Shown here in pieces: positions 39,246 through 52,200 of a stretch of 64,000 nucleotides of DNA. Positions within the stretch are counted from its first letter, which is position 1. Every line of letters begins with the position of its first letter. Origin of the DNA: Eutreptiella sp. 'Long Island Sound 2002'. Lineage: Eukaryota > Protista > Euglenida. The stretch spans positions 155,186,001 through 155,250,000 of the forward strand of contig OZ038378.1 in assembly GCA_964036045.1 (NCBI GenBank). The letters are read 5' to 3'. The notes beneath the pieces are model-generated. The model was not told the DNA's origin. It worked only from the letters and a program-made list of their open reading frames with translations, and made no database searches. The translations under genes were made by a program, and so were the position numbers.

Positions 39246-42239
39246 ATAGGAGCGGTGTTGTCGGTGTTGTGCTTTTTTTGCCAGCTCAGGCATATTAGGT
39301 AGGTGCACGCGGGTGTGAAAGACTATCCGGAGATTGCACATGTTGACTATGTTTGTGACCGGCAACCCCCATGTACTGATGCACATGTCATCCCTTGCCT
39401 TTGCAGGGCATACATAGCGATGAATTGAGGTTTTCTCGGTGCGCTGCCTCACGGCAAGAATACGACCATGGATGAGGAACATCGGTCCTTGGATCACCAC
39501 ATACGTCCCCCCAAGACCCCCCGACGCAGTGCTTCTTAGGTCTAAATTCGTGATGTCCGTGCCATGTACATGTTTTAGATAGTGGGACAACGGATTTACC
39601 TTGTTGACACCGGTGGATTTGTGACGACGTCCCCGCCTATGAAGTCAAATGGAATCCTCACCATTGTGTGGGCCCAAGAAAGGCCGGGAGACGTCAAGTC
39701 CCTTGACCACAACGGGCCCGCACCCCCCCCCAACCCATCATCGACGCATTGCCTATCAGCCACATCCCCCCTTTCATACAAGCCAACTCCAACCTAACAT
39801 GGTGTGGTGCTGCACAAGCCATACGCAAGGGTTGCTCCTAGAGGCCTAAAAAAGCAATGCTACTGCCTGTCATAAAACGCACCAAATCTTCAACCCTAGT
39901 CCTGTGCGAGCCCCTTGATTCCGCAGTCATGCCATAATGGTTGTGGGTTGCCACAGAAGGCGGATGTCCGAGCCCGCGCCCTGTAGTGGGTATAACCAGT
40001 TGTTCAGTCTTATAGAACCCGCCGTTGGGCCTAACGGTTCTGTTTGCACATGCGCATGTCCAGCCACTCCTCCGTACTGGGCAATTATTGCCCCCCTCCC
40101 CCCCCCCCCCATGCGGGTGCACGTGTTGTTGTTCAGAAACAATAGATTTGGTGAACGCGTGTGTGTGGGTTGGTGTTTCCTTAATATATGAAGCTCCGCA
40201 AGCCGCTGTTTTGGCCACACCGTTTCTGTTTCTCCATGCGGCGGGTCGTGTCGGCCAAAACATTAATGATCCAGACAGCAATAAACTTCAAGGCCCCCTC
40301 CCCTTCTCCCGTTCTTGCGGTGGGGCGCAGTGGGGCATCGCGCACGTCGCTTCTGTATCGGAGCGTAGCTGCACCTGCCCAATCCTTCACCTACTGCACA
40401 CGTACATGTAGATGTCGACGGCATATGTGCAGTTGGACCACCGCGCATCTCCTTTACAATCATTGATGCGGACAGGTGAGTACGCGTCCACCGGCGGGGC
40501 GGTAGGCATCTCCCCGGCGCTCCTAAATGTCCTATATACTAAATGTTTGGTTCGGTGTTGATCGGGTGCAATGGCCTGGCATTGGGGGGCCATGATGGAC
40601 ACAACATGACTTACCGTTTGTACGCATTCACGCCGCGGTAGGTGGCAGTTGGTACGAGCAATCCTCATTTTCCCTCTGTTCGGTTGTCTGTTGTTAGTCC
40701 GACGTCCCTAGTTCTTTAGTCTTACACTGGGGTATGCCCGCCGGCGCTATTGTGTGTGATGTGTGTCTGCATGTGTTGCGTTACCCAGAACAGGGTCGGC
40801 GGCGGCAGCGGCAGGTAGCAGTTGGTGCCAGCAGTTGGTGCCCCCCCCCCCCCCCCCCCCGGCGTTGGGTAGCAGCGAGCTCGCGGTGGCAGAGACCTGA
40901 GGGGTGGAACAGTAAGGAACATGCTCAAGGGGAGAGGGTACATTGCACCGCTACCAGCCGGAGAGGAGCTGCTGGAGAGGCTTGTGCCTTTGCAGCGCCT
41001 TTACGTTCACAATAAGTAAATCATCCCAACCAAATAGAGGAGGACTGGACAACAGACTTTCCTCCATTATATGTCACAGTGGCACCTACCATCCGCTTGA
41101 CGGGACCAAGTCGGAGGCCGTGGGCTGCCCAAAGTCCAAGGAAGCTTCCTCCGGGAGCAACATTGTTCTGCCGAGGCTCCGTCAAGAGTAACAGGACTGT
41201 CCTCATTGTAGTGACCCTCTAGCACACTGGCTGCTTGGTCCTCAACGTGTCTCTGAGTACTTCACGGCGGTTCAATGTTACTGCGGGGCTTATTGATGAG
41301 GGCTATATCTTTGTTGATGAATTGGCAAATAAGTTTTTGCGTAAGGTGGGTTCAACCACAAGCGGCCGTTCCGGTTCCTCATCCATTGCAACGGTTCGTG
41401 CTGGCCTAGACTTGATGGACATGGACAACACGGTGGTGTTGGTGGATACAACTTCCCGCCACGATTGAAGCAGCTGATCTCGGCCACGCTATTGTGTAGA
41501 CCCTCCCAAACCCCCAAACAAGTATAATTTTTGCGCTATGTGCATCACTCCCATCGTCCCCTACCACCGTCCATTCCTCATGTAATACAACTTCACCCTG
41601 CTCCCTTTGCATTTGTTGCACACCCCACTTCCACACATGCCTCCTTTCCTCAGACACTCCTCGCTAGATCACCTCGTAGTGCCACCCTCCTCTTGGATTG
41701 GGGCCATCACCTCCATGTCTGCCTCCACCATCTTGTGGTACGCCTTGTTCCTCCGGCAAGGTGGAGGGATTGGATATACGTTGTGCGGCACATCGCGCAG
41801 TCCGAAGTGCAAACAATGGTGTTCATCGAAATAATTTGCAATACATGTGTGGTGCTCCTTTGTAAACCTCCCAATGAATCTATTGTAGAACTAGGTAGTC
41901 TTTGTCATTTTCAATGGTCGCACAACGCAACCACGGAGTGCCCCAAGTGTACAACTGAGCAAGTGGGACAAAATCAGAAGAGGCCGTTTCACCCAAAGGA
42001 GATTTTGCAAACTGTGAAGTAAAGGGGTTTTCCGTGAGATTGGCCAGATCAACGAAAGGGTCATTTTACCCATTTTGTGTGCAACTCAATTTTTCCGAAA
42101 CGTGCCATGGGGGATCACCTTGGATGCGCACAAACGGGTATTTCTCCATTTTTGGGGCATGCACATCTGAATATTTGGGGCATCTTGCTTCAAAAAGGAG
42201 GGACCTTTGCAGGCTTAGTGGATGCGGTTGTTTCAAAAA

Positions 42240-44960
42240 ATCAGAAGTGGCAACATCACCCTTGCCTCCTTGGGGGCCCCTAAGACAGCAGAATTGCTAT
42301 GTAACCGCTGCATTGCCGGGGCTCTCCATCAAAGGGGAACAAGTCAGAAGTGGCTACATCATCCCTTCCTTTTCAGGGACGCACAAGTAGGCAGAATTAC
42401 CGTAAACGTTGTGTTCTCAGGGTTCAAACCGGCTGTCGGTCGCAGGGCAGTCAAAAGCAGCACACAAGCATGCAAAGGACAATGCAGGCATTCCACATGC
42501 AGACCAAGCTGCCAACGTCAAAGATCCCAGACTGCCGGGGTGCGACGCTCCGTGCCAAAGTACGCGGGGAAAAAGACAAAATCTCCCAGTGGGCGGGTCT
42601 GCTCATGTAAAAATGAAAAACACACTGCACAGGGAAAAGGAAGCAACCTGCAGTCCAGACTACAGCTATGGCCGTGACTGTTGCTGTCCCTGCTACCGAC
42701 AACCTCCATCAGAACTTCAATACAGCGTACAAGGGTTCCCCATCAAAGGGGTCAAAATTAGAAGTGGCTACATCACCTTTGCGATCTCGCAGGGCCAGAC
42801 GACGGCTGAATTGCCACATTACCCCTGCGTTCTCGGCGGTCCCCATCAAAGGGCACAAGATCATAAGTGACTACACCGCTTCTACCTTCTCTAGGGGCCG
42901 GGAGTGGGGGGTAGTGCTACATAACACCTTTGTTCTCGGCATTCCCCATGGAAGAGGACCAAATCAGAAATGGCTACATCACCCTTGCCTTCTCTGGGGC
43001 TCACAAGAGGGCGGAATTGCTCCATATCCCCTGCGTTCTCGGGGATCCCCACCAAACGGGACAAAATTGGAAGTGGCTACATCACTCCAACCTTCTTGGG
43101 GGCCCGCAAGAGGGCGCAATTGCTACATGACACATGTGTTCTCGGCGGTCCCAATCAAAGGGGACAAAATCAGAAGTGGCTACATCACCTTTGCCTTCTC
43201 GGGGGACCACAAGAGGGCACAAGTGCTACATAATTCCTGCATTCTCTGCAGCCCCCGTCAAAGGCCACAACATCAGAAATGGCTACATCACCCTTGCGTT
43301 CTCGGGGATTCCCATCAACCGCGACAAAATTGGAAGTGGCTACATCACTCCAACCTTCTTGGGGGCCCACAAAAGGGTGGAATTGCTACATACCTCTTGC
43401 GTTCCCGGGGGTCCCAATCAAAGGGGACAAAATCAGAATTGGCTACATCACCTTTGCCTTCTCGGGGGGCCACAAGAGGGCGGAAGTGCTACATAATCCT
43501 TGCACTCTCCGCAACCCCCGTCAATAGCCACAAAATCAGACGTGGCTACATCACCCTTGTCTTCTCTTGGCCAACAAGAGGGCGGACTCGCTCCATGACC
43601 CCTGCGTTCTCAGGGATCCCCACCAAACGGGACAAAATTGGAAGTGGCTACATCACTCCAACCTTCTTGGGGGCCCACAAGAGGGCGGAATTGCTACATA
43701 ACCCCTGCGTTCTCGGGGATTCCCATCGTCCGGGACAAAATTGGAAGTGGCTACATCACTCCAACCTTCTTGGGGGCCCACAAGAGGGCGGAATCGCTAC
43801 ATAACCCCTGCGTTCTCGGGGGTCCTAATCAAAGGGGACAAAAAAAGAAATGGCTACATCACCTTTGCCTTCTCAGGGGGCCACAAGAGGTCGGAAATGC
43901 TATATAATCCCGGCATCCTCCGCATTCCGAGTCAAAGGCCACTAAATCACGAGTGGCTACATCAGCTCTGCCTCGTGGGGGGCCCATGAGTGGGCGGAAG
44001 TGCTACATAACACCTGTGTTCTCGGCGGTCTCCATCCAAGGGGACAAAATTGGAAGTGGCTACACTACCCATGCCTTCTCGGGGGCCCAAAAGAGGGCAG
44101 GATTGCTACATAACCCCTGCGTTCTCGGGGGTCCCCATCAAAGGGGACAAAATTGGAAGTGGCTACATCACCCCTACCTTCGTGCGGGCCCGCAAGAGGG
44201 CGGAATTGCTACATAACCCCTGCGTTCTCGGGGATTCCCATCGTCCGGGACAAAATTGGAAGTGGCTACATCACTCCAACCTTCTTGGGGGCCCACAAGA
44301 GGGCGGAATCGCTACATAACCCCTGCGTTCTTGGGTGTCCTAATCAAAGGGGACAAAAAAAGAAATGGCTACATCACCTTTGCCTTTCAGGGGGCCACAA
44401 GAGGTCGGAAATGTTATATAATCCCGGCATCCTCCGCATTCCGAGTCAAAGGCCACTAAATCACGAGTGGCTACATCACCACTGCCCCATGGGGGGCCCA
44501 TGAGTGGGCGGAAGTGCTACATAACACCTCTGTTCTCGGCGGTCTCCATCAAAGGGAACAAAATTGGAAGTGGCTACACTACCCATGCTTTCTCGGGGGC
44601 CCAAAAGAGGGCAGGATTGCTACATAACCCCTGCGTTCTCGGGGGTCTCCATCAAAGGGGACAGAGTCAGAAGTCGCTACATAACCCCTACCTTCGTGCG
44701 GGCCTGCAAGAGGGCGGACTTGCTGCATAGTCCCTGTGTGCTTGGGGGTCCTAATCAAAGGGGACAATACCAAAACTAGCTACATCACCCCTACCTTCCC
44801 GGGGGGCCACTTGTGGGGGGGAATTTCTACAGAACCATTGCACTCTTGGCGCTCGCTTTCAAAGCAAACAAAATTAGAGGTGGGTACATCATCCTTTCCT
44901 TCCTAGGGGCCCACAAGAGGGGGGCAATGCTATATAACCCCTGCGATCTCGGGGGACAAA
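42240..44960 (+). repeat. ~103-bp dimeric satellite, array 1
   Basis: GAAGTGGCTACATCAC... recurs with period 103 (43638/43741, 44050/44153/44256); each unit has two related ~50-bp halves sharing GCTACAT.ACCCC.GC.TTCTCGGGG. Confidence 0.95.
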
Positions 44961-45094
44961 CCTAAAGGCACCCACCCACCCACCAACCCACCAACCAACA
45001 AATGCTCCCACGTGGCATTTTAATGGTCACAAAGGACCATACCACGAAGATCAACGCCGAAGGTGATTGAGAGGCCAGAATTGAACCCATCACG

Positions 45095-45650
45095 ATGGAA
45101 TGTCCTTCCCGATGCAAAGCCCTGTCTTTTGAGAGCGGGGTGGATGTACGGACTGGAGGAGACCACACACCCCGTGCCTGTGGTCACCCCCCACACGCCT
45201 CGCACCCCCATGTATTGAATGATGGCGCACAGCAAGCTCCTCCTTCTGCGCAATGTGCATGTGGAGTCTCTACCTGACCAGGCACCTGGGCAAAGGCTTT
45301 CCCAAGTAGTTCCTGAATGTCAACCAACAATGTGCAAGAGTACTGTGCCCAAGTACACTAGTTTCGGAACCTCTTGGTGGATGGCATTGTTGGACACCGC
45401 AACTCTTTTGGGCGTTCCGTCCCTCTTGTGCTTGTGCCCGCACTGATGCAGTTTAACCAGACAGAACCTTCGGTCGAGGGCGGGGGATGTATGCCACTTC
45501 TCAACCTGCCATCAGAATACCCCCTTGCGATCCACAAACCACCCCCTCAACAACCCTCTAATGATGTCAACGCACCGCAGGGTCTCATGCACTCCGCCGG
45601 GAATTACAACGTCGTTGAAACAAGAGCGTCCACATAGTGTACTGCATGCA
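45095..45650. repeat. Intronic ~555-bp module, copy 1 of 3 (others 47203-47760, 52339-52893)
   Basis: ATGGAATGTCCTTCCCGA.GCAAAGCCCTG... start and matching ORF translations at 45095, ~47205, 52339. Confidence 0.9.
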
Positions 45651-45942
45651 GAACTATAAACCATATTTCGATGTTGTTGCTTTCCCCTCTGCAGCTGCAC
45701 GTCCAACAAACCTCCACAGGCTGCAGCATCGCCGCTCCACCCTCTCCCTACCCACTTGCGATCCACAAACCACCCCCTCAACAACCCTCTAATGATGTCA
45801 ACGCACCGCAGGGTCTCACAGACTCCGCCGGGAAATACAACGTCGTTGAAACAAGAGGGTCCACATAGGGTACTGCGTGCAGAACGATAAACCATATTTC
45901 GATGCTGGTGCTTTCCCTTCTGCAGCTGCATGTCCCACAAAC

Positions 45943-46266
45943 CTCCCCAGGCTGCAGCATCGCCTCTCCACCCTCTCCCTTGTCACGCAGCTGTGCCGCC
46001 TCCTCCTCCAGCTCCTCAATCCTCGACTGCAACGTCTCCACTTGCTCACGCAGTCTCTCCGCCTCCTGCTCCACGCCTGCTTCGCCTTCTTTGTCATCTT
46101 CAAAGAAATCCTTCGCCCCCGCGTTCTCCTTCAGATCCCGGATCTCGTCGCGCAGGCCTTGCACTAGGGCTTCGCTCTCGGTCTTCATCTCCTCCATGGC
46201 AGCCGTCAATCTGTCCACCTCCGTCTGCACCTGCGCTGCAGCCAAATCATCTGCACCTTGCGCCCC
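45943..46266 (-). CDS. Coiled-coil gene exon B' (324 bp, copy of exon B with a different 3' end)
   Basis: tcatcag/GGGGCG ... GGGGAG/gtttgt; offset 16758 from exon B. Confidence 0.8.
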
Positions 46267-49200
46267 CTGATGAAGAACTTGGTGGAGTGCACACAAGGAA
46301 CTGACTTGAAACCCGCACGGGTGTGGAGACTGGATGTCCCTTACACCCCGGACCCAGTGGAAATCCCGCCTCCATAGTGCCTGTTGTGCAGTTCAAAGGC
46401 TATTGGCCGCTTTCCTTGGTAGGCATGCCCATTAGGCAAGGTCCACAGCCAATCAGTGCTGTCGGCCACTGTGCGGCAAAGACACACAGACACTCACGCT
46501 TGGAGGGTACTGAGGGCAAAATACCTGCTCCTGCACATTGGCATCTGCTTCACGGCTTGCGTTCATCTGCTGTAACTCCTCCTTCAAAGCCTGCGTTTCA
46601 CTTTGTGACGCATCCAAATCCTCCTTCAGCTTCATCACCGCACCCTTGGCCTTGTCCTTCACCTGAGAAAACGAATGTTCCGACTCCATGTGGATTGTGA
46701 AGCTCCGGTTGTTGTCCACTTGTTGGCGTTCAATGCAAAACACATATGGGGCAATGCACCTCACGCTCAAGAGTGGGAGAAGAGCTTCGTCCTAGAATGG
46801 CCCCCATGCGGTGATATGCACTCCGAACGTCTAGAATGGCCCATAAATGTCCCCGGGGCCGGCCAGGGCCATTCCCAAAAAACCAACAAGATAGGCCTGC
46901 TATAACATCACCAACAACAACGCCATGCACTGACGAATACATGCTGAAGCCTCTGGTCGCCGGCCTGCACTTGTTCAGTCAGTTGCCGCACACTCTCACG
47001 CCATGCGTCCCTTTCCGCGGCCAACTGCTCCGTCGACTCCTGAGCGGTAACGAAATGGTACAGAACAGCGAGCAAACGGCACACCAACACATCCATGTCA
47101 ATGGCCATACCCAACACACCAAGCAGACTTCGGCATGACCTGTATTGTCCGCGTGATTTGAAACAGGCTTACTTCGCCCAATCCGCCAACACCCCAATCA
47201 CGATGGAATGTCCTTCCCGAAGCAAAGCCCTGTCTTTTGAGAGCGGGGTGGATGTACGGACTGGAGGAGACCACACACCCCGTGCCTGTGGTCACCCCCC
47301 ACACGCCTCGCACCCCCATGTACTGAATGATGGCGTACAGCAAGCTCCTCCTTCTGCGCAATGTGCATGTGGAGTCTCTACCTGACCAGGCACCTGGGCA
47401 AAGGCTTTCCCAAGTAGTTCCCGAATGTCAACCAACAATGGGCAAGAGTTCTGTGCCCAAGTACACTAGTTTCGGAAGCTCTTGGTGGATGGCATTGTTG
47501 GACACAGCAACTCTTTTGGGCGTTCCGTCCCTCCTGTGCTTGTGCCCGCACTGATGCAGTGTGACCGGACGGAACCTTCGGTCGGGGGCGGGGGATGCAT
47601 GCCACTTCTCAACCTGCCATCAGAATACCCCCTTGCGCTCCACAAACCACCCCCTCAACAACCCTCTAATGATGTCAACGCACCGCAGGGTCTCACGCAC
47701 TCCGCCGGGAAATACAACGTCGTTGAAACAAGAGCGCCACATAGTGCACTGCATGCCGAACGATAAACCATATTTCGACGATGTTGGTTTCCCCTCTGCA
47801 GCTGCACGTCCCACAAACCTCCACAGGCTGCACCCCCACGGGTGTGGAGACTGGATGTCCCTTACACCCCAGACCCAGTGGAAATCCCGCCTCCATAGTG
47901 CCTGTTGTGCAGTTCAAAGGCTATTGGCCGCTTTCCTTGGTGAGCATGCCCATTAGGCAAGGTCCGCAGCCAATCAGTGTTGTCACCACTGTGCGGAACA
48001 AAACACACGCTTGTAGATCAGATCCGCCTTTTTATCTTTGTAGGTGGGTTCTGCTGAGGGAGGATCTTGCTTGCACATGTTGCGAGGCACGTCCGTGGTC
48101 TTCATATCCAACTCTTCAATCAATTTTTTGTCATACTGCAATTTACTAGAGGCATCTTGGGGGTAATGCCCGGGAACAAAAAATTCCTTACCACGGATCA
48201 CCACCTTTGGACGGACCTCATCTGCAGAAGGCGGCTTGTCAACCACAATGAATGCCAGTGGGGCACTAAATTGCACTCTCCAGTTGCGCAATGCCACACA
48301 TACCTCTGAGGGACGGAAAACGAGAGCATGCAGGGCACAATGATGAACTCCACATTCAGGGCATGTGATGTGATTGTGTCGTCGCAAAAAAAAGCACGAC
48401 GAACGGCTGGGTGAACAGTAGGGGCTAGCATACATCCCTGCCAAGGCCCAAATGGGTGTGGTCTGAATAGGGGAGCCGTGCGCAGAATCGCGATAGGGCA
48501 AAACTGCTCGTGCAATCTCACGCAACAAACACAATCGATCTTGTGGAAGTTGGATGCCACCGTTGACAACATGCCTAGACAAAAGGCAATGCAGCATCAG
48601 AAGGCAGGCAGGATGGCAGCTCACACTGTCTTCTTGATGTAGGAAGGTGAAGTAGAGGGGGGCTATAGCAAAAGCTACACTGCCAATCTCACCCAAAAAC
48701 CTATCCTGTTTCTTCTGCGTCCTTGGCTCAATGCCTTCTTGCTCGGCAAGGAGGTTGACTATGGCCAACTCCTGAGTGTTTGCACCCACTATGTACGGCT
48801 TGTTACACAAGCAGATCGAACACGGGGCACAAGAAAGTGCGTGTTGGGGAAACCAACAACAAGCGCAGCACCCAATGTGTATTGCGGGCATTGTATATTT
48901 GCGCCGCAAGCAAGGGAGGCACATAGACCATATCAATGGACGCCGCTTCCAAAGTACGGTGCGCCCATGACTCAGCCAACACCTTCCTACGACCCCAAGG
49001 CGCAGATGACGCATTCCACAATGAGTCACGCACAACCCACGCCACACCCCCGGACCCAAAATTGGTCTCACGGGAAACATTGCCACCCATACCCCACACT
49101 AAGGGGTATGTTAAGGGGGCTGGCCAAAAAAAGGTCGGGGCCACCCCCCACTAGCATTCGAGCACATGGGGTTGCTTAGCTGTGCTTCTAAACGTACATA

Positions 49201-52200
49201 CATACGACACTTACATGCCCGGAACCAAAATAGCGGTCTTGGATGAAACCTCAACCCACAATATGTGCACCAGAACTGCATGTAGTGCCCCCTTCGATTT
49301 CCATATCCGGTTCCCCTCCGTTTACGTTGATGTCCGTGGGCGCGCCTTGGGGGGTGGAGTCTTGGGGGCAAACACATTTGAAAAAAATAGAAACGAATCG
49401 AAAGGTGCAAATACCTGGGTGGATTCATGACAGCAACACTGCCGGGCACCCCATGTGCATAAGCAAAACATAAAATACAACATACAATGCCAGGAAGAGA
49501 GCCGAGCCGGAGGCCTGGAGTAACCCCCAGAAAGTCCAATGAGTGTAGCAGCCCACAATAGGAGGGCATACATTTTGATTGTCCGTCCCGCGCATGCATT
49601 GCACCTTGGCCTGTGTCTGTGACTCTTTACCCATGAACTGCATGTGTATTCTCAAGGTGTCATCCGGGGCCCCAGGACTCATTGTTGCAGATTTCTTCGT
49701 GCATGCCTCGATGCCTTCCGCGGAGCTTGGCTTGGAGGACACTGGTGCAAACACGAAGGGCGAAAGGAAAAAGGGGGGCCCAGAAGAGTGCGGAAATGCT
49801 ACACCACCCTTGCATTCTCGGGGTCCCCAACAAAGGGGAACAAAATTAGAAGTGGCTGCCTCACCCCTCCCTTCTTGAGGGCCCAAAAGAGGGCGGAAAT
49901 GCTACACCACCCTTGCATTCTCGGGGATCTGCAACATAGGGGAACAAAATTAGAAGTGGCTGCCTCACCCCTCCCTTCTCGGGGGGCCAAAAGAGGGCAG
50001 AAATGATACGCCACCCCTCCATTCTCGGGATTCCCCAACGCCAAGCGCGGGGAGCAAAATGAAAAAAGGTCCCCAACAAAGGGGAAAATCTGAAAGGGCC
50101 CCCTCACCCCTGCCATCTCGGTGGCCTAAAAGAGGGCCGAAATGCTGTGTCACCCATGCATTCTCGGAGGTCCCCAACACCAAGCGCGGGGAGCAAAATG
50201 AAAAGTGGTCCCCAACAAAGGGGAACAAAATCAGGGGTGGCCCCCTCACCCCTGCCTTGTCGGGGGGCCAAAATAGGGCGGAAATGCTACGCCACCCCTG
50301 CATTCCCAGGGATCCCCAACATAGGGGAACACAATCAACAGTGGCTGCCTCACCCCTGCCTTCTTAGGGGCCCACAAGAGGGCGGAAATGCTATGTCACC
50401 CCTACATTCTTGGGGATCCCCAACATAGGGGAACAAATCAGAGGTGGCTGCCTGACCCGTGCCTTCTCGGGGGCCAAAAAGAGGGCGGAAATGCTACGTC
50501 ACCCCTGCATTCTTGCGGGTCCCAAACGCATGTCACCCTGCATTCTTGGGGGTCCCCAACGCCAAGCACGGGGAGCCAAATCAAAAGTCGTCCCCAACAA
50601 AATGGAACAAAATCAGAAATGGCAGCCTGACCCCTGCCTTCTCGAGGGCCCAAAAGAGGGCAGAAATGCTACATCACCCCTGCATTCTCCGGAGTCCCCG
50701 ACGCCAAGCGTGGGGAGCAAAATGAAAAGTGGTCCCCAACACAAGGGAACAAAATCTGAATTGGCTGCCCCACCCCTGCCTTCACCGGAGCCCAAAAGAG
50801 AACGGAAATGCTATGTCACCCCTGCAGCCTTGGGGATCCCCAACACAGGCGAAGAAAATCCGAAGTGGCTACCTCACCCCTGCCTTCTCGGGGGCCGATA
50901 AGAGGGCGGAAATGCTATGCCACCCCTGCATTCTCGGGGGTCCCCAACGCCAGGCGCGGGGAGCAAAATGAAAAGTGGTCCCCAACAAAGGGGAACAAAC
51001 TCAGAAGTGCCTTCCCCACCCCTTCCTTGTCGGGGGCCCGAAAGGAGGCAGAAATGCTATGCCACCCCTGCATTCTCGGGGATCCCGAAGGCTAAGCGCG
51101 GGGAGCAAAATCAGAAGTGGTCCCCAACAAAGAGAAACAAAATGAGAACAGGCAGCCTCACCCCTACCTTCTCCGGAGCCCAAAAGGAGGCGGAAATGCA
51201 ACATCATCCCTGCATTCTAGGGGATCTGCAACATAGGGGAACAAAATCAGAGGTGGCTGCCTCACCCCTGCCTTCTTGGGGCCCCAAAAGAGGGCGGAAA
51301 CGCTACGTCACCCCTGCATTCTCGGCGTTCCCCAACGCCAAGCACGGAGAGCAAAATGAAAAGTGGTCCCCAACAAAGGGCAGCAAAGTCGAAAGTGGCT
51401 GCCTCCCCCCCGACGTGTCGGGGGCCCAAAAGAGGGCGGAAATGCTATGTCACCCCTGCATTCTCGGGGGTCCCCAACGCCAAGCACGGGGAGCTAAATG
51501 AAAAGTGGTCCCCAACGAAGGGGAACAAGATCAAAATTGGCTGCCTCACCCCTGCCTTCTCGAGGGCCCAAAAGAGGGCGGAAATGCTATGTCACCCCTG
51601 CATTCTCGGGGTTCCCCAACGCCAAGCGTGGGGAGCAAAATCAGAAGTGGTCCCCAACAAAGGGAAGCAAAATCAGAAGAGGCTGCCTCACCCCTGCCTT
51701 GTTGGGGGCCTAAAAGAGGGCGGAAATGCTACGCCACCCCTACATTCTTGGGGATCCCCAACATAGGGGAACAAAATCAGAAGTGGCTGCCTCACCCTTG
51801 CCTTGTCGAGGGCCCAAAAGAGGGCGGAAATGCTATGTCACCCCTGCATTCTCGGGGTTCCCCAATGCCAAGCGCGGGGAGCAAAATCAAAAGTGGTCCC
51901 CAACAAAGGGAAACAAAAGTAGAAGAGGCTGCCTCAGCCCTGCCTTGTCAGGGGCCCAAAAGAGGGCGGAAATGCTACGTCACCCCTACATTCTTGGGGA
52001 TCCCCAACGTAGGGGAACAAAATCAGAAGTGGCTGCCTCACCCCTGCCTTCTCGGGGCCCCAAAAGAGGGCGGAAACGCTACGCCAGGCCAGTGGAAAAA
52101 GGCCTCTCAGAGCGGGGGACAAGATCAGAAGTGGCCAACAAGTGGCCTGAAAGTTCTGAAGCCTAGTCCTTTTGTTTTACTAGGTTGTGAAACCTAGTAA

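Noticed and set aside
41280-41330. NKDIALINKP resembling an RluA pseudouridine synthase motif
   Set aside because: Alternative frame of a decayed region; no HRLD catalytic motif follows
42668-43804. 378-aa ORF and the many overlapping ORFs in both satellite arrays
   Set aside because: Translations simply mirror the 103-bp repeat and are open in several frames
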